Positions 28,488 through 43,100 of a stretch of 64,000 nucleotides of DNA are shown piece after piece. Under the pieces are notes generated by a model. It did no database searches. It was not told where the DNA came from and saw only the letters and a program-made list of their open reading frames with translations. The stretch's first letter is position 1. Each line of letters starts with the position of its first letter. The DNA is from Euprymna scolopes (lineage: Eukaryota): NCBI GenBank assembly GCA_053919585.1, contig CM132785.1; one strand, given 5' to 3'. The translations under genes and the position numbers were made by a program.

Positions 28488-31400
28488 CAAACATTTATTA
28501 ACATTTTTAAATGATTTATTTTTATGTTTAGCGAAATTTTAATGTTTACTTTTTAGATTTGTATAATTATAAAATCATTTGATAAAAAAGAAAATGTTTA
28601 TATGAAATCAATATAAAAATAATAATATATTTATTTTAAATGAACAATTTTATAAAATCAAGGAAATATGTAATATACTGTACTAATTTTCTTAATAAAC
28701 ACAATTTAATTATATATAATATGTCAACACGTGTATATTAGTAATAGAGATAACAAACGAATTGTTATAAAGTTCACACTGAAAAACTGATTGTGTGATT
28801 ATTCAACATAAATTAGGAAAACGAAATCGTAGATCAAACAAAATCCTTACAAACGTTATTAGTCGATTAATTTGATATCACCACATTATGTGCAAACTTA
28901 TGAACTTATGAATGTGTGATTTTGTGATGGAAAATGGAACGAACACAGTTGTGAAGGGGACTGTTTAATGTACACTTTGAGACAAACAACAAATCCAAAT
29001 AGAATAACACTCGTAAAATATGGTTAAAGTGTTTAGTAATGTTAAAGTACACTTAACGTGTATGTACATTTCGCTTGTAATTTTGTTTTAATATTTTAGA
29101 TAAGTATAGGTTAATAACATGAAAGTGAAATTAAAATGTATCGAACCTTCATCTTCTTTCTTCTTAGAGAAGAATCCAAAGCTGGGCACTTTGATATTGA
29201 ACTCAGGAAACGAAATAGATCCTGATAACCAAAATGATATGGTATTATAGAAACTCATTAATAAAAATAACTGTTAAGTTTAATGGCTTCTTTTCAAAAG
29301 ACAAATCATTTACCAATTGTAACACAAATTAAGTCATGTTAATAAATTAGATAAAATCTAAGAAATCGCTTAAAAATTTTGTGTAATCGCCATATATATT
29401 TTATAAGTTACTATATATATATATTAATATATGTATGAATATATATACATTATATATATACATATGTGTATATGTACATTACAAGGTATATAATATAACT
29501 GATATTAAAATAGTTGATTAAAGTCTAATCCATACTGATTGTTTTATACCTTTATGGAAGTAAAATTACAAAGATGATCATGGGTAAGTTATTAAATTAG
29601 ATATATTATATCAAAAACGACTTAAATACAATTCCCGCGTTGGTATTTAAAATTATGAGGACAAACCTTTGCCGCTTTCTTCCAGAGAATCCAGATGTAA
29701 TCTGGCTTCTTGGATATCGGGCATAAGTTGTGGATGTCCATAACCCACACATTCGTCTATCACTTTTTCTAGAAACTCTGGGTCGTTTTTCCTGATGGCA
29801 TCCTTTAATTTCAGGCGGAGGTCATCTACACTCAATTTTCCTGGGAAACAAAATTCACCGATTCAAAATGACAAATTCAAACTACTCTTTTGGCCAAATG
29901 GATACAGATGAAGAGACAACAGAGTAGAAACCTATTTAATTAATTATTCATGTCAAAATGTAAGATACAAAATATGTACGAAATAGCTTAATGATATTAA
30001 ATTAAAAGAAAATGGAAACGAAGCAGATATACACCAACTGTAAAAGTTTATGATTTCAAGGAGAATAGTTATATTACATTTCATAAAAACTACTATTTAA
30101 TTTTTTTATATAAAATAATCTTCAATGTACAAGGCTTTTAATTTCTACAGCAAATACATTACATTCTTAAAATTAAAAATGTTTGCTTAATAAAGGAAAT
30201 TTTCAGAAATATATTTTGTTTTGTGCATCATTTATAATATCTAAATTTTAAGAAATTTTTAGATAGAGTCATTAATATTGATAAAAAGAGACTAAAACTC
30301 ACCAAAAAGCGAAGAAGAATAAGATTTAACAAGAAAGAGAGAGACAGACAGACAGACAAACAGACAAACAGAATAATAAGATTCAGCAGGAAAGTCCAAA
30401 GTACTAACCTCCACGACCAAAGCCCATTGCGTCCAGAGTGTTTCTGGCCAGACTGAGATCGAGGGAAAGTTCTGGATAACCGGCTTCCTCACATTCAACA
30501 ATTGCCTTTTCCAATGCTACTCTGTCTTTACTGTGTACAGCGGCACTCAATTGGTTACGGTAAAAGTCCGGCGTCTTAAGATCTGATTAATGTAATCGAT
30601 ATTTGAAATTATTTTCTAAACATTATATAATAAATTCGTCATTTTAGTCATCAATTATTTATGATTAAGTAAGAATTTAAATGGATTAATCGAATTTAAT
30701 TATTAACAAAACAGCATTACATATTTTGGTAATAGAATTTTTTCTGATGAATTAAGTATTATGAATGTTATATATAAAGGTATATTTAATATAATATATA
30801 TAATATATAATCATGCCTACGCGAATTATTAATTGACAAGGTATAAGTATAAGGCAGTATGCATTGAATAAAAGTATTATAAAATTCTAATAGTCATAAT
30901 GATCATATATGTAAAGATCAGTACTCTAACCTCCTCTGCCGCCTTCCATTTCTACTAAGACAACTCTGGATTGGTGAATGTCGGCGTCGAGACCAGGAAG
31001 GCCGAGCGAAATGCCTTCCTTAATGGTTGCATCCAAAATTCTCTTATCTTTAGAATCCACAGCTGCCTGCATTCGTTGACGAAAGTCTTCAGGAGATACA
31101 TTTCCTAGTAATCGAAAATTGATTTTTGACATTTTTTAATACAATATAATTGAAGTAACAATAAGTGTATGTTAAAATAATTAATGGGTGAGTCGCAGAT
31201 AATGTTTGTTTCCAAAATAACTGTTTATCTAGGTGCTGTCTTACTTTTTACTAACGTAATATATTTAAGTATATATAGAAAAGCATATATATAAAAAATT
31301 CGAAAGTAAAACGCGATAAATACAATTTTAGATTCTGAAGCAATCAATACAAGCAGATATGCATTTCGACACTCTATCGTAAACATAAATTATGCTTTAC

Positions 31401-34400
31401 ATAATGTGATATCGGCATAATTTATCTGCTTTTAATTAAAATAGTCTTTTAGTTGACGTTTAACATTTATATATCTGTCTTTTATAGTTTGCTAATTCAA
31501 TTTAAAGTAATTGGATTTATTGCGTTATGTATACATACATATACCAATCGGTATCTACATATTTTATCTGTCTCTATATATGTATATTTTAAGCAAACAT
31601 TGTTCAAAATAACAGAATTCTGCAGTTTAATTATGCATTTTTTTTTTTTTTTGGTGTTAAATTCTAAAAAAAAATAGATTATATTTTTAGTTTAACACAA
31701 ATATATTATTAGTAAAAATGAACAAATAAAAGTATAATTAAGCACAGGAAACAAGGTTTGCTTAAATGTGAGAATGTGGCTATATATCTATATATATGTA
31801 TGTGTGTGTGTTATTCAGATATATTACATATGTATATTTTCATATATACATTAATTACAATCAATTAATTATATGTAGTTAACACGTTACTACCGTTTCG
31901 CGGAAGTTATGATTGTCAGACATGTAAAAGTATTTTCCAATTTGAGTACAGATCAAACGTTGGAGTGTGTATTTAAATTTTTAAAAAAGACGTTAAGGTG
32001 TATTAATATATTCGTACGATCTCGCGGAACTGCCGCATCAATTAATCTTTTTAAAATGGCTATCGAAGCTCCGCGTGTATCTTGATTTGGCTCTATTCCA
32101 ATTCTACGTAGTCGATTCCTGTGTTATTAATTATATGTTATAACGCTTATGATTACATATTTAAAACGCTTTTAGTAGTTTAAATGAGCTTCCGCCATAT
32201 TATATAACTTCTACAGATATGCATAAGCCAACTGAAAACAATGTCTTCATAGCATTAGAAATTAATAAGAAAATATAATTAACAAGAGAAAATGTATATG
32301 ATTATATTTAAGTATGTACATAGCATATATTACCATATATTTTAAAGTTTGTCTAAATAAAACAGAATATTAACGACAATAATGGCAGCATTTCTGTGGT
32401 TAAGTTTAAATTTATGTTAATTTCTAACCTCCGAATCCGCCTCCCATATTGTTGAGTGCTACACGAGCGTCCCGAAGATCAAACGCCAGTTCTGGATACT
32501 TGGCTTCCTCGGCAATTTCAATAAGTTGTTCTAATTTGGGTTGATCATTGTTTTTCACGGCGATTTGTATTTGTTCCCGCAAAGTGTCTGGTGTCATGTC
32601 GTCCAGAGCGATGTCTATATAAAATGAAGTTTCAATCATTTTAAAATATTTCATCAAGTACAATCCATAATAACTTTAACTATGCTTTTATTTTCGTAAT
32701 TTATTCAAAACTTTCGAGATGGTAAACTTTTATGAAAATTAAAATTTAAATAGATAGAATATTCCCGTAAATGTTTGTATATACACAGGTTAACAGGAAA
32801 TTAATTTTGATATTTTAAATTTTTTTTCAAAAAGGATGACGAAATATGTGAAAATGTTATAGTATATAAGTATGATATTTTTTAGTTTAAGACAATTGTA
32901 AATAAAAATGCAAGCACCTACAGCATACATAATCACACCTGCAAACACAATTTTACTTTAATGCGTGCGAAAGGGTATTTTGTCTTTTTATTATTTAGAC
33001 GATATTTATATTGAAATAACATGAACATATGAGTAAAATATTCAAACCTGTATCTCCATATTTCTTACGGAAAAGACTGAACTTTGGAAGTTTCATTTCG
33101 AATTTTGGAAACGACCATGATCCTGATAATCAAAATGTAATAATATTATAATGAATGAAGTAACAGAAGATGCGAGTAGTATTGGTTAATATTTGTGAAA
33201 TGTTTACTTCGTTTTAATAAAGATATTATAACAAACAAATTGGCGAATGTGATTCGGTGATTTTTATAGCAATTATTTTCAAAATGCAATTAACTTTTGT
33301 AGGACCAAAAATGCTTTTAAGATTACGCATTTACGTAATAGAAATAGAAAGTGATCCAATAAGCAAGATAATAAATTTAAAAAGGTCGGTGATTACATTT
33401 GTAGAAATTAATAATGTTTTATTATTAGAGTAAATGCCATATTTACAAATATATGATTATGATGCTTACTGATTTATTATTATCATGGGAAGCAGTAAAT
33501 ATCTATAGTATCTAAGTATTACACCTCATGTATAACACTTACTCAGGTTCAAAAAATTATATTACAATAATATGTGAATTTTTATAATAAAAAATGATCG
33601 ATTAAAATGCTAATATTATACGTGTCTAAACAACGGCATCTAACATGATAGATATATGAGCGCATAATCCAGATCAGTTAATGTTTAAGTCATTTACACC
33701 GAATTATCAGTTATTTTCTCTTATTACGATAATATTTTATGTGTCTAAAATATACAAACTCATGAAATATGTACAAATGTGCTATTGAGTGGGTAGCTAA
33801 CCTTCAACTTCGTCTCCCATTTTTGGAAGTGCGGCACGGGCTTCTTTCAAATCAAGTTCAAGTTCTGGATATTGGGCTTTCTCAGCTGCCAAGATAAGAC
33901 TCTCAAGTGTTGGTCTATCATTGTTTTTCATGGCTAAGCGCATTTGGTAACGTAGGTCTTCGGGCGACATCACTTCGATTGTAACATCTACATAAAATTA
34001 TTAGTTTTTTTATTTCAATATTTACGAAATATATAATTTCAATAATATTATCTATAAATAGATTTAATGCATACATTATGTAATATACAAGAAAGTATTT
34101 TCTGTAAAAGCTAATAATACAATACATTACAATTTAATCGTAAACTAAACATTTCATTACAGTTAAAAATATTCAAACGTCAGCTTTTGAAACTATTATG
34201 GTTTAATTGTAAATTTTATTGCTTTTGAAAGTTTAACAGTAAAACATATTACTTTTAATAATAGTTGGTAAATTAATTCAAAATGTAAACACATTTATTT
34301 CTTTAGACGAGTAATATTATATATTTCTCTCCAATTATATTAATGAGAGAATCAAATATGATTACTTCGAAATGTTTCCTATCTTTAAGCACAAATATGT

Positions 34401-37035
34401 GTAATTGTAATATTGTGTTTATGTTAAAACTATATCTCATATCATTTGATGATACAAATATGAGCGGTTTTTATATTTTATTATAATTATTTTGACTAAA
34501 GAGATGAAAGTATTTGATAAATACATATGAAAAGGAGGAAAGTAAAATATATCGAACCTTTGTGGTGTTTCTTCCTAGAAAAGATTCCAGTGCTAGGCAT
34601 TCTAACATTGAAGCCAGGGAACGAAAATGATCCTGATAACCAAAACAATACAGTTTTAAAAACGCCATTTAAAAACTGATTATGGATGAAAATTATCTCC
34701 GTTTCAAATATGGAATATTTTAGCAAGTTTAAGACAAACATATGTATATTGTAATAATACGACAATTTTAATTATAAGGCAATACTAGATATGATGATTT
34801 AACGTTTTAAGAATAAAGACAAAAATTAAATTCTTCTGATATTTTTTATTAATTTTATATTCTCATTAGTAAGAGAAAAATTAAAACTCAACCGCCACGA
34901 TGAATATTTACAGAAAAATATGAATATTTATTCGACAGCTCATATTTATGCGATAATTTACAAGATATGCACATTTAACATTTCTAGTATGAAGAAACGA
35001 TTTAAAGTTTTTTAAATGATTTAAAGTAATTTTATACAATGCAAATGCAAAGTTTAGGTGAAATATTTTATCGAGAAATATAACATTGATTAGAAATAAA
35101 TCATGTATTTGTGGAAAATATCGAATACGCTGTAGGAAATCCGAATGATAATAGTACATACTTTGTAACAAAAACGAAATATAGATCAAAGTGTGTTTTA
35201 GAATGCTTTATTCATTCTATTAATTAAAAAAATAGAAGCAACTACAATGCTGAATATTTTTTTGTAATCTCAGAAAAATTCTAAATGAAATAGATGCAAT
35301 TTTAATTAGACATTTATAGTATATTACGATATTTTAAGCAATTTTAATCATACTAATTTTATACACCTGTGGTGAATTGTAATGTGAATAATAATTTCAG
35401 ATAAGGAAATTATGTATTCTAGAAAAAACGATATTGTAACAAAAATGTATAGTAATAAATACTCATAATGAAGATGAATCTAATGATAATCCCATCTATA
35501 CATGTGTAATGATTTAGACGAACCTTTGCCACTTTCTCCCAGTGATCCCATATGAAGTCTAGCCTCTTGGATATCAGATGTAAGCTCCGGGTGTCCGGAA
35601 CTAACACATTCGGCTATCACCTTCTCTAGAATATCTGGATCGTTTTTCATCATGGCGTCTTTTAGTTTCAAACGCAGGTCGGGTACGCTCAACTTTCCTG
35701 AGAACAAAATGTAGCAATTATATGTCAATTCTATGTCCACCTGCTGACAGGTCCCACCATAGAAAGGGTGACAAAAACAAGGAAAAAATAGTAATGTGCT
35801 AATAAGTAAGTTGTAAGATGACTCGTTGGCTGTGAACAATGTAAAAAAAAAAAACAAAGACATTTAACCGAAAATGCTTTGACGAACAATTTACAGTTAC
35901 GGATAGCCAATGGCAAAAAGCAATATATTTAGCCGACAAAAGCCAACATATGTGTCACTTTAAGTTTTTTTCTCTTTCAAAGGGTCTTTAATTATGCCAT
36001 TAAATCACATAAGCGATTTTCAGATTTAAATATTTTAGATAAAAATGCTTTGTAAATTGAAAGATGTTAAGCAAAATCAAAAGCCAACATAAATTTATGC
36101 TAGATAATCTTGCAATCATTTATATTTAAAAAGAAAAGATAATTCTAATACATAAGTTAAATGTTGTTTAAGAAAATAAAAATTACAGAATCATTAGAAT
36201 AGTATCGAATTGGAATACATATTTAACCATTTATAGAATTATCAGCTCATAAAAAAATTATGCAAAAGCTGTATTTCTTAGCCGAGGCAAGAGACAAGGG
36301 AGAGCGACAGATCGTTGAAATATAATTGATAACGAATATCCGTTACACTAACCTCCTCGCCCAAAACCCATACCATCCAGTGTGTCCCTGGCATGTCGAA
36401 GATCAAGAGAAAGTTCCGGATAACCGGCTTCCTCGCATTCCATGATGGCATTTTCCAACTCGGACTGGTCCTTGTTATCAATTGCTGCTCTTAGTTGAAC
36501 ACGAAGAGCGTCCGGTGATTTGAATCCTGATCGATGTAATTATAATTTTATCAGCATTTTACAGATATAAGGGAAATTTCGTTAATTATAATTTAAGTAG
36601 TAATTTATTGTAATTAAGATACTGTTTAAACAATCGTTGTATCTCAATGAAAAAAAGGTACTTATGCAGTTTACGAACCGTGATGACATAATAACGTTAT
36701 TATTTAGACACAAAAAAAAACATTATTAACATGGAACGGGAAGTTTATAATTATTATGTACTTTAACATAAAAATGTAATGAAGAAAAGATACCGGAAAA
36801 AATAATGAACAAAGGATACCGTTTGCCAATTCTTAGCTGGTGCGATTTCATTTACTAAGTGTTTCGGTACCTTCCGGCGATTTAACATGCCTGGGATCTG
36901 TCGATGATAACGCGGTCCGTATTCTGCATAAGTAGCTAAAATATTTTATGTCGTAAACTGTATTAATTAATTATAATTAAGATACTGTTATAATTGTTTA
37001 TGAGTTGTACTTTGTAATATTGTCTAGATAAGAAA

Positions 37036-37110
<75 letters not shown>

Positions 37111-40100
37111 TAGGCATACGCTCTTTAGCCTGACATATTTCTTATTTAAGTTATTAAGATAATTGTTTTTGCAACTTTATTTGTGCATAAACGTGTCCAA
37201 ATAATAATAATTTATGTTAATCTATGGAATTAAATACAATAATAAAATACGTTTGCATCGTTGGAAATACTTTTAAAAAGATAAAAGTTCTAACCTCCTT
37301 TGCTGCCATCCAATTTATATTTGTTCTCCCTGGCTTCTTGAATGTCGACTTCAAGACCCGGAAGGCCGAGTGAAGTACTCTGTCTTACGATTGTATCTAT
37401 AGCATTCGTATCCTTTGATTCGATGGCGGCCTTAAGTTTCGGGCGTACAATTTCGGGAGTTATCGTTCCTGGCAAGCAAAACCGATTTCAGTGAATATTC
37501 TTCATTGTAAAGGAAGTATATATAATCATTTAAGTTTTGCTTCTATTGATTGATTTATAACGTAACAATGCAATATAATTGTTTTTTTTTTGTTTTGTTT
37601 TTTTTATAATTAAAACTTTTTGATTGCATCTAATAGAAATCACATCAATGGAATTAATAAATTTAATCAATTAATACATTTAATTTGTATTATTCATTTA
37701 GATAATTCGACTATTGTTCTGATCTTGGATGTTATTTACACATTTTTGACTGATGTAACCTCCGACCTTCTGCACATGTGATGTCGAACTCAGAAATCTG
37801 TACAGAATTTTGAACCGAAGTCACGTAAACGTGGAGCAATGTATACAAAGCATACATAATATTTGATTATAAAAGATGAGATTTCTGATTCTGAATTTTA
37901 ATACATAGTGTAAATGCTACTAAGAATACAATAAAAACATTTCTTAAGACGTCTACGTTTTCAATTGTAAATAGAGGGTTCAATTCAAGATGTTATACAT
38001 ATTATCCACATAAAGTTGTTAGAGTTAGAAAAGAAGCATCTGCAGAATTTTAGAGGTTACATACGTCGAAATGTTGTGATAAATGAAAACACTAGCCAGA
38101 ATAATCTAAATAATACGAAGAATAAATTAAATTTGCATTTATTTACGTTGGAGTTAGAATTTCCTTTCTGAATCTAGTTGAAATAAAATATACACAATCT
38201 ATAAAGTCTTCTACTAAATAAATGATATTAAGTCGAAAGGATATTATTAAATTTTTTTGGCATATATTTTCACTGTAAAACTCATATGTAGAATATTTGG
38301 ATAATTGTCTAACCTCCATATCCGCCGCCCATTTTGTGTAGACTTTCACGAGCCTCACGGAGATCAAGTCCCAGTTCTGGATATTGAACTTCCTCAGCCA
38401 CTTGAATAAGCCGCTCAAGGTTAGGCCGGTCATTATTTTGCGCGGTTACCCTCAGCTGTTCACTGAGGGTCTCGGGAGTCATGACTTGTACAGAAACATC
38501 TACACAAATGGATATAATTTCGTATTAAAACAAAGACTTTATTAATATATGCAGTATATATGTGTGTGTATTTACATTAATATTGGTAATTGATTTTTGA
38601 TATTATACAGTATGTTATGCTTTTTTTCTTTTTGATGGTATTGTTTGCTAAACGATGATTTAGTCAGGGCTGGGCATAAGTAAAGAATACCAAAAGGTGA
38701 AAAATCCTGTACGAATGTATTGTTTCACTTTATGGTATTCATTGCTTATTTCCAGTCCCGCGGACTAAATGATTAGTTTAAACAAACGTAAGCATATTTA
38801 TATTAACTATAGGGACACTGTGGATATTTCAAGTGACTGTTTCCATCAATCTGTATAATATTACAATAATAATAATAATAATACTTTGTTAATATAAATA
38901 GTTGTTAAGGTGAATATTAATAAGGTATAAGTACACAGTTTTTGTAAAAATATTTATCATCGGATAAATATTCTTTAGATTAATTAAATGTTTGTGGATC
39001 TCTTTATTTTTTTAAATTGTAGCAATCTAATTCTTTTAAACAATAAATATTTCTATCTTGTTACCGTAAACAAGTAAATATGCAAATATGTAAATATGCT
39101 TCAAATCGATACAACTAATATCACTTTATGAAATGTGTCTGTTAAAAAGTTACTCTTGTAGTAAACGAGGGAAAATTATTCTATTTTGAAGCAATTCATT
39201 TTTAAATAAGTCAGATTGTTTAACCTCGCAGCGTCAGATTAAAGGTCAATCACTACCTTTGTTAACCGTGCGATCTCATTTTTAATGTGTATCAAAATTT
39301 ATGAAGCGCATTATAACAAGATGTGCCTTAACGTATTATTTATGTAAAGAGTCAGAACTGCTCTTTAAAAATATGATTAATTTTATCAATGGTTAAATAC
39401 ATAAGATTTGTAGAAAGTATGGCTATGAATTTCTTTGAACATCGATGTATACAATTATGCCTTATTAATATATCAATAATAAAAGGATGCGAACCTGGTT
39501 GAGTTTCTCCTTTTGAGAACAGACGCATACTGGGAAGTTTCATTTGGAATCCAGAAAATGGCTTAAATCCTGACAACCAAAATCAATATTTGATATAACC
39601 AATGTAGAGGAATTATCAAAGAGAGTAAAATGCAAACTGTATTTGAGCTACTTCTAAATATTCTTTATCGAAGTGATGTAAAGTTAGTGTTAAGCTATAA
39701 AGGAATCCGTAACTATTACTTGAATTTATTTCATACATTTACTGATCTTTAAAAGATATTTACTATAATTGCCAACTTGGAATTGTCCGAATTGTATAAT
39801 ATTTAGATATAGATTGCTATTATCACACTGCCTAATTACTGGTAGCACATAATTAAGTGGGTGATAGAATTATTGACAGGGATTAAATCTGCGCGGACAA
39901 TCGTGAATTGGATAACATGTAGAGTTTATTTAAACGTTAAAACTATATGAAATATATATGATCTTTGGCAAGTGTACGTGGGTAATCTATCACCGATGGA
40001 TTAAAAAATAAATGATTTAGTTTAAAATCGTCTATAAAAGAGCTCTTATACTACAATCAACATATTATAATTATGATAAACATGATGTAAATACTAGATT

Positions 40101-43100
40101 TAATGCAGTAAATGTAAATTGTTACGGATTCCTTTTAGTTTAGTTCAGGGATGATTCAAGAGGTTATTACTTTTCTGTTGACCGTAACAGTCTTTTCATT
40201 TGCTGAAACTTTTTTTAAGTTTTTTTTTAGAATGAATAATTCTTATCATTTATTTTTCATTATTATAAAAGGGTTGTATAAATTAATTCAAGCAAATATT
40301 ATATTATGACAGCCTATTACTTAGTATCTTTACCGTTAAATTTTCAATTATATAATGACAAGAGTTAATAAAAATAGTTTATGATTGGATAAAAGTCCGA
40401 GAAAGATATTAAAACACATCGATGTATTAAAAATATTATATAATATAAAAGATAATGGAAAAAGATTTAGAGTCGAAAACAAATACAAGATATCAGGACA
40501 AACCTTTGCCACCTGCTTTCGCAGGTTCTAGACGAAGCCTTGCTTCTTGGATATCGGGCATAATTTCAGTGTGCCCTGAACTTACACATTCCTCAATGAC
40601 TTTCTCCAGAACCTCTGGATCATTTTGTTTTTTGGCTGTGTCCAATTTCACACGAAGGTTGTCTGTTGTAATTTGCCCTGACAAACAAAACGTATTAATG
40701 ACAAAAATAGGCACTATATTCGCACCTGGTCACAGGTGAGGAAATAAGATGATTGTGAATTTGATTTGAAGCTTTAAACGAAGAAGAATCAAGATGCAAC
40801 CAAAAACTGACATGCAAGACCGAGTATTTATTTCTAATCAATTGAATTACCAGGATGTATTTCTAATCAATTGAATTACGGGAATTTACAAAGAATAACA
40901 AACTTTTAAGGCTTACATGGAATTTATCATTAACATATCACAATTTTACATAATATTCATAATATTATTTATAGATATATGATGAAATGCTGATAACATA
41001 TTGTGATGTCAATTTAAATCAAATAGCTTAAAATGTTTTCGTTTGAAATAAAAGTGAAATTTTAAACAAAGAAAGAACCGCATAAAGAGAGGAATTGCCA
41101 CAAAAGGGGCGCGTAGATCGTTAAAATTCCTTAAAGGTAAAACAATAGCTGGTGCAGACAAAGTTATAAATACATTTAGCATTTGCAGATAGACGAGAGA
41201 TGATGGTTTTGAGCGATGAATTCAGTTGCAAGGTTAATTGTTAGCAACTCTTGAAGAGTTAAAGTGAGGAGATTTGAATACAAGTGAAGTTTTAAATGCC
41301 ATATGCGACACAAATCGAAGTGCAGAACGAAAGCAAAACTTGTGTTGGATTTTTCTAGATTAGAATTGACAATTTGGATCATGGATTATTCGGACAACTA
41401 TTATTATCTGGTTTATTATATTCACGACGTTTCGGCCGAGATAACGTCAACGTAATTCTGATGAATTTTTTCGAACTTCAATTTGAGAATCATTGCGTGT
41501 AAGACGATAGCCTGGAAGGAATTTCGATCTAAAAACTTGATATAAATATAATAACCGATACGAGAATAGTAATCCGAATAATCCAAATAACACGAATAAA
41601 ACAAAACTTACCGAATGAAACAAATATTTGAATTTCATAAAAAGGAGAATAAAAGGTATGCGCAATAACAGAGCAGATAGAATTAAAGGAATTACAAATA
41701 ATGGTTACAGCAATGGAATAAAATATATTGATAGTCGACTCAAAAGATGTTTGAATGCAAGCTATGTAACAAGTCATAGACGGATCTTAAGTGAAGACGC
41801 ATTTTTAAAAGTCAGAAAGTAATAGACAGAATTTAATTTTTAGAAAAAATGTGTTTTGTATGTACAGCAAAAAGATGTCACTAATCAAGAATTATTTACA
41901 AATACTAATAAAAGAAAGTGGCGTAGTCGGTTCGAATGTTTTAAATGTAAGCTACATGAGTAAAAGGAACATCTTAAGAAAAGACAAATTCACGAAAGTC
42001 AGAAAATAATAGAGATTATGTATGAATTAATTAATGCGGTACCTAGAAAAAATGTGCTTTATACGTAGAGGCAAAAAGAAATTTCAGTAATCAGTAATTA
42101 AATAAAGATACTGATTAAAACAAACGGAACTGAACATATTAGATGCAAAACGCCATAAACACAATTTCGAAAATTACAACTTTATCACTATAAACAGTCT
42201 TGCATTTCAACACCCGGCCAAACCCTAAAATAAGGTTTGAAATCGGCATATTTCTTGCTTACATTTCAAAATAAAAAATAAACTTTTAACCGAAGTCTAG
42301 ATTTAATATATTCGTCTTTTTATTGTTTAATATTTTAATTATTAATTAGAAATAATAAATAATAAAGTAAATAATAAAAATAAAATAAGAATCAGAATTG
42401 TCGCGTTTTGCATTGAAACATATCATCGATGCGTCCAAAAATCTCTTTAAGCATCTTCGTCGATCTGTCAATCTGTTAAGACTAAGTTTTAATTATTAGT
42501 TGTAGATGCGTCTACGCATCAGAATATGACGTTATGTCAGTCTGTCATTTAAAGGATCGTATTGTAAAGCTCAGTGGTCGTATTGATAAATCTTAGAATA
42601 ACCATTGTCATCGTATAAAGCAAATATGAAGCTGATGATTGAGACGTAAAAGCATACGTTGACAACACAATTGCTATATGTGTATAAAACCAGAAAAAAA
42701 ATGCGAGAACCAAATCGGAATTACAAAATTAAAATAAAATAGAAAATGAAGCAAAGATTTATTTATTTAAAATATATCATAATATATTTTAATGAATGTA
42801 TTTAAATATATACAACGCATTAATGGAATAATACGCCGTAATAAATAAAATCCGTAAAAACAAAGATTTGTTTAAAACAATCATTTTCAAACAAGCATTG
42901 AAAGTTTAATAGAAAAAGGAGATACTATAATATTCCGAGGTTTGGCGCTCAATAACTGGTATTGAATCCATGCTTAAGCGAGAGTTTTGTAGTTAACGAC
43001 TGTGGCGCGCGCGAAAGAGAGAAACAGCAAAGTTAAAAGGATTAATAGGGAACATCCGATAGACTAACCTCCACGACCAAAACCCATTCCGTCTAGTGTG

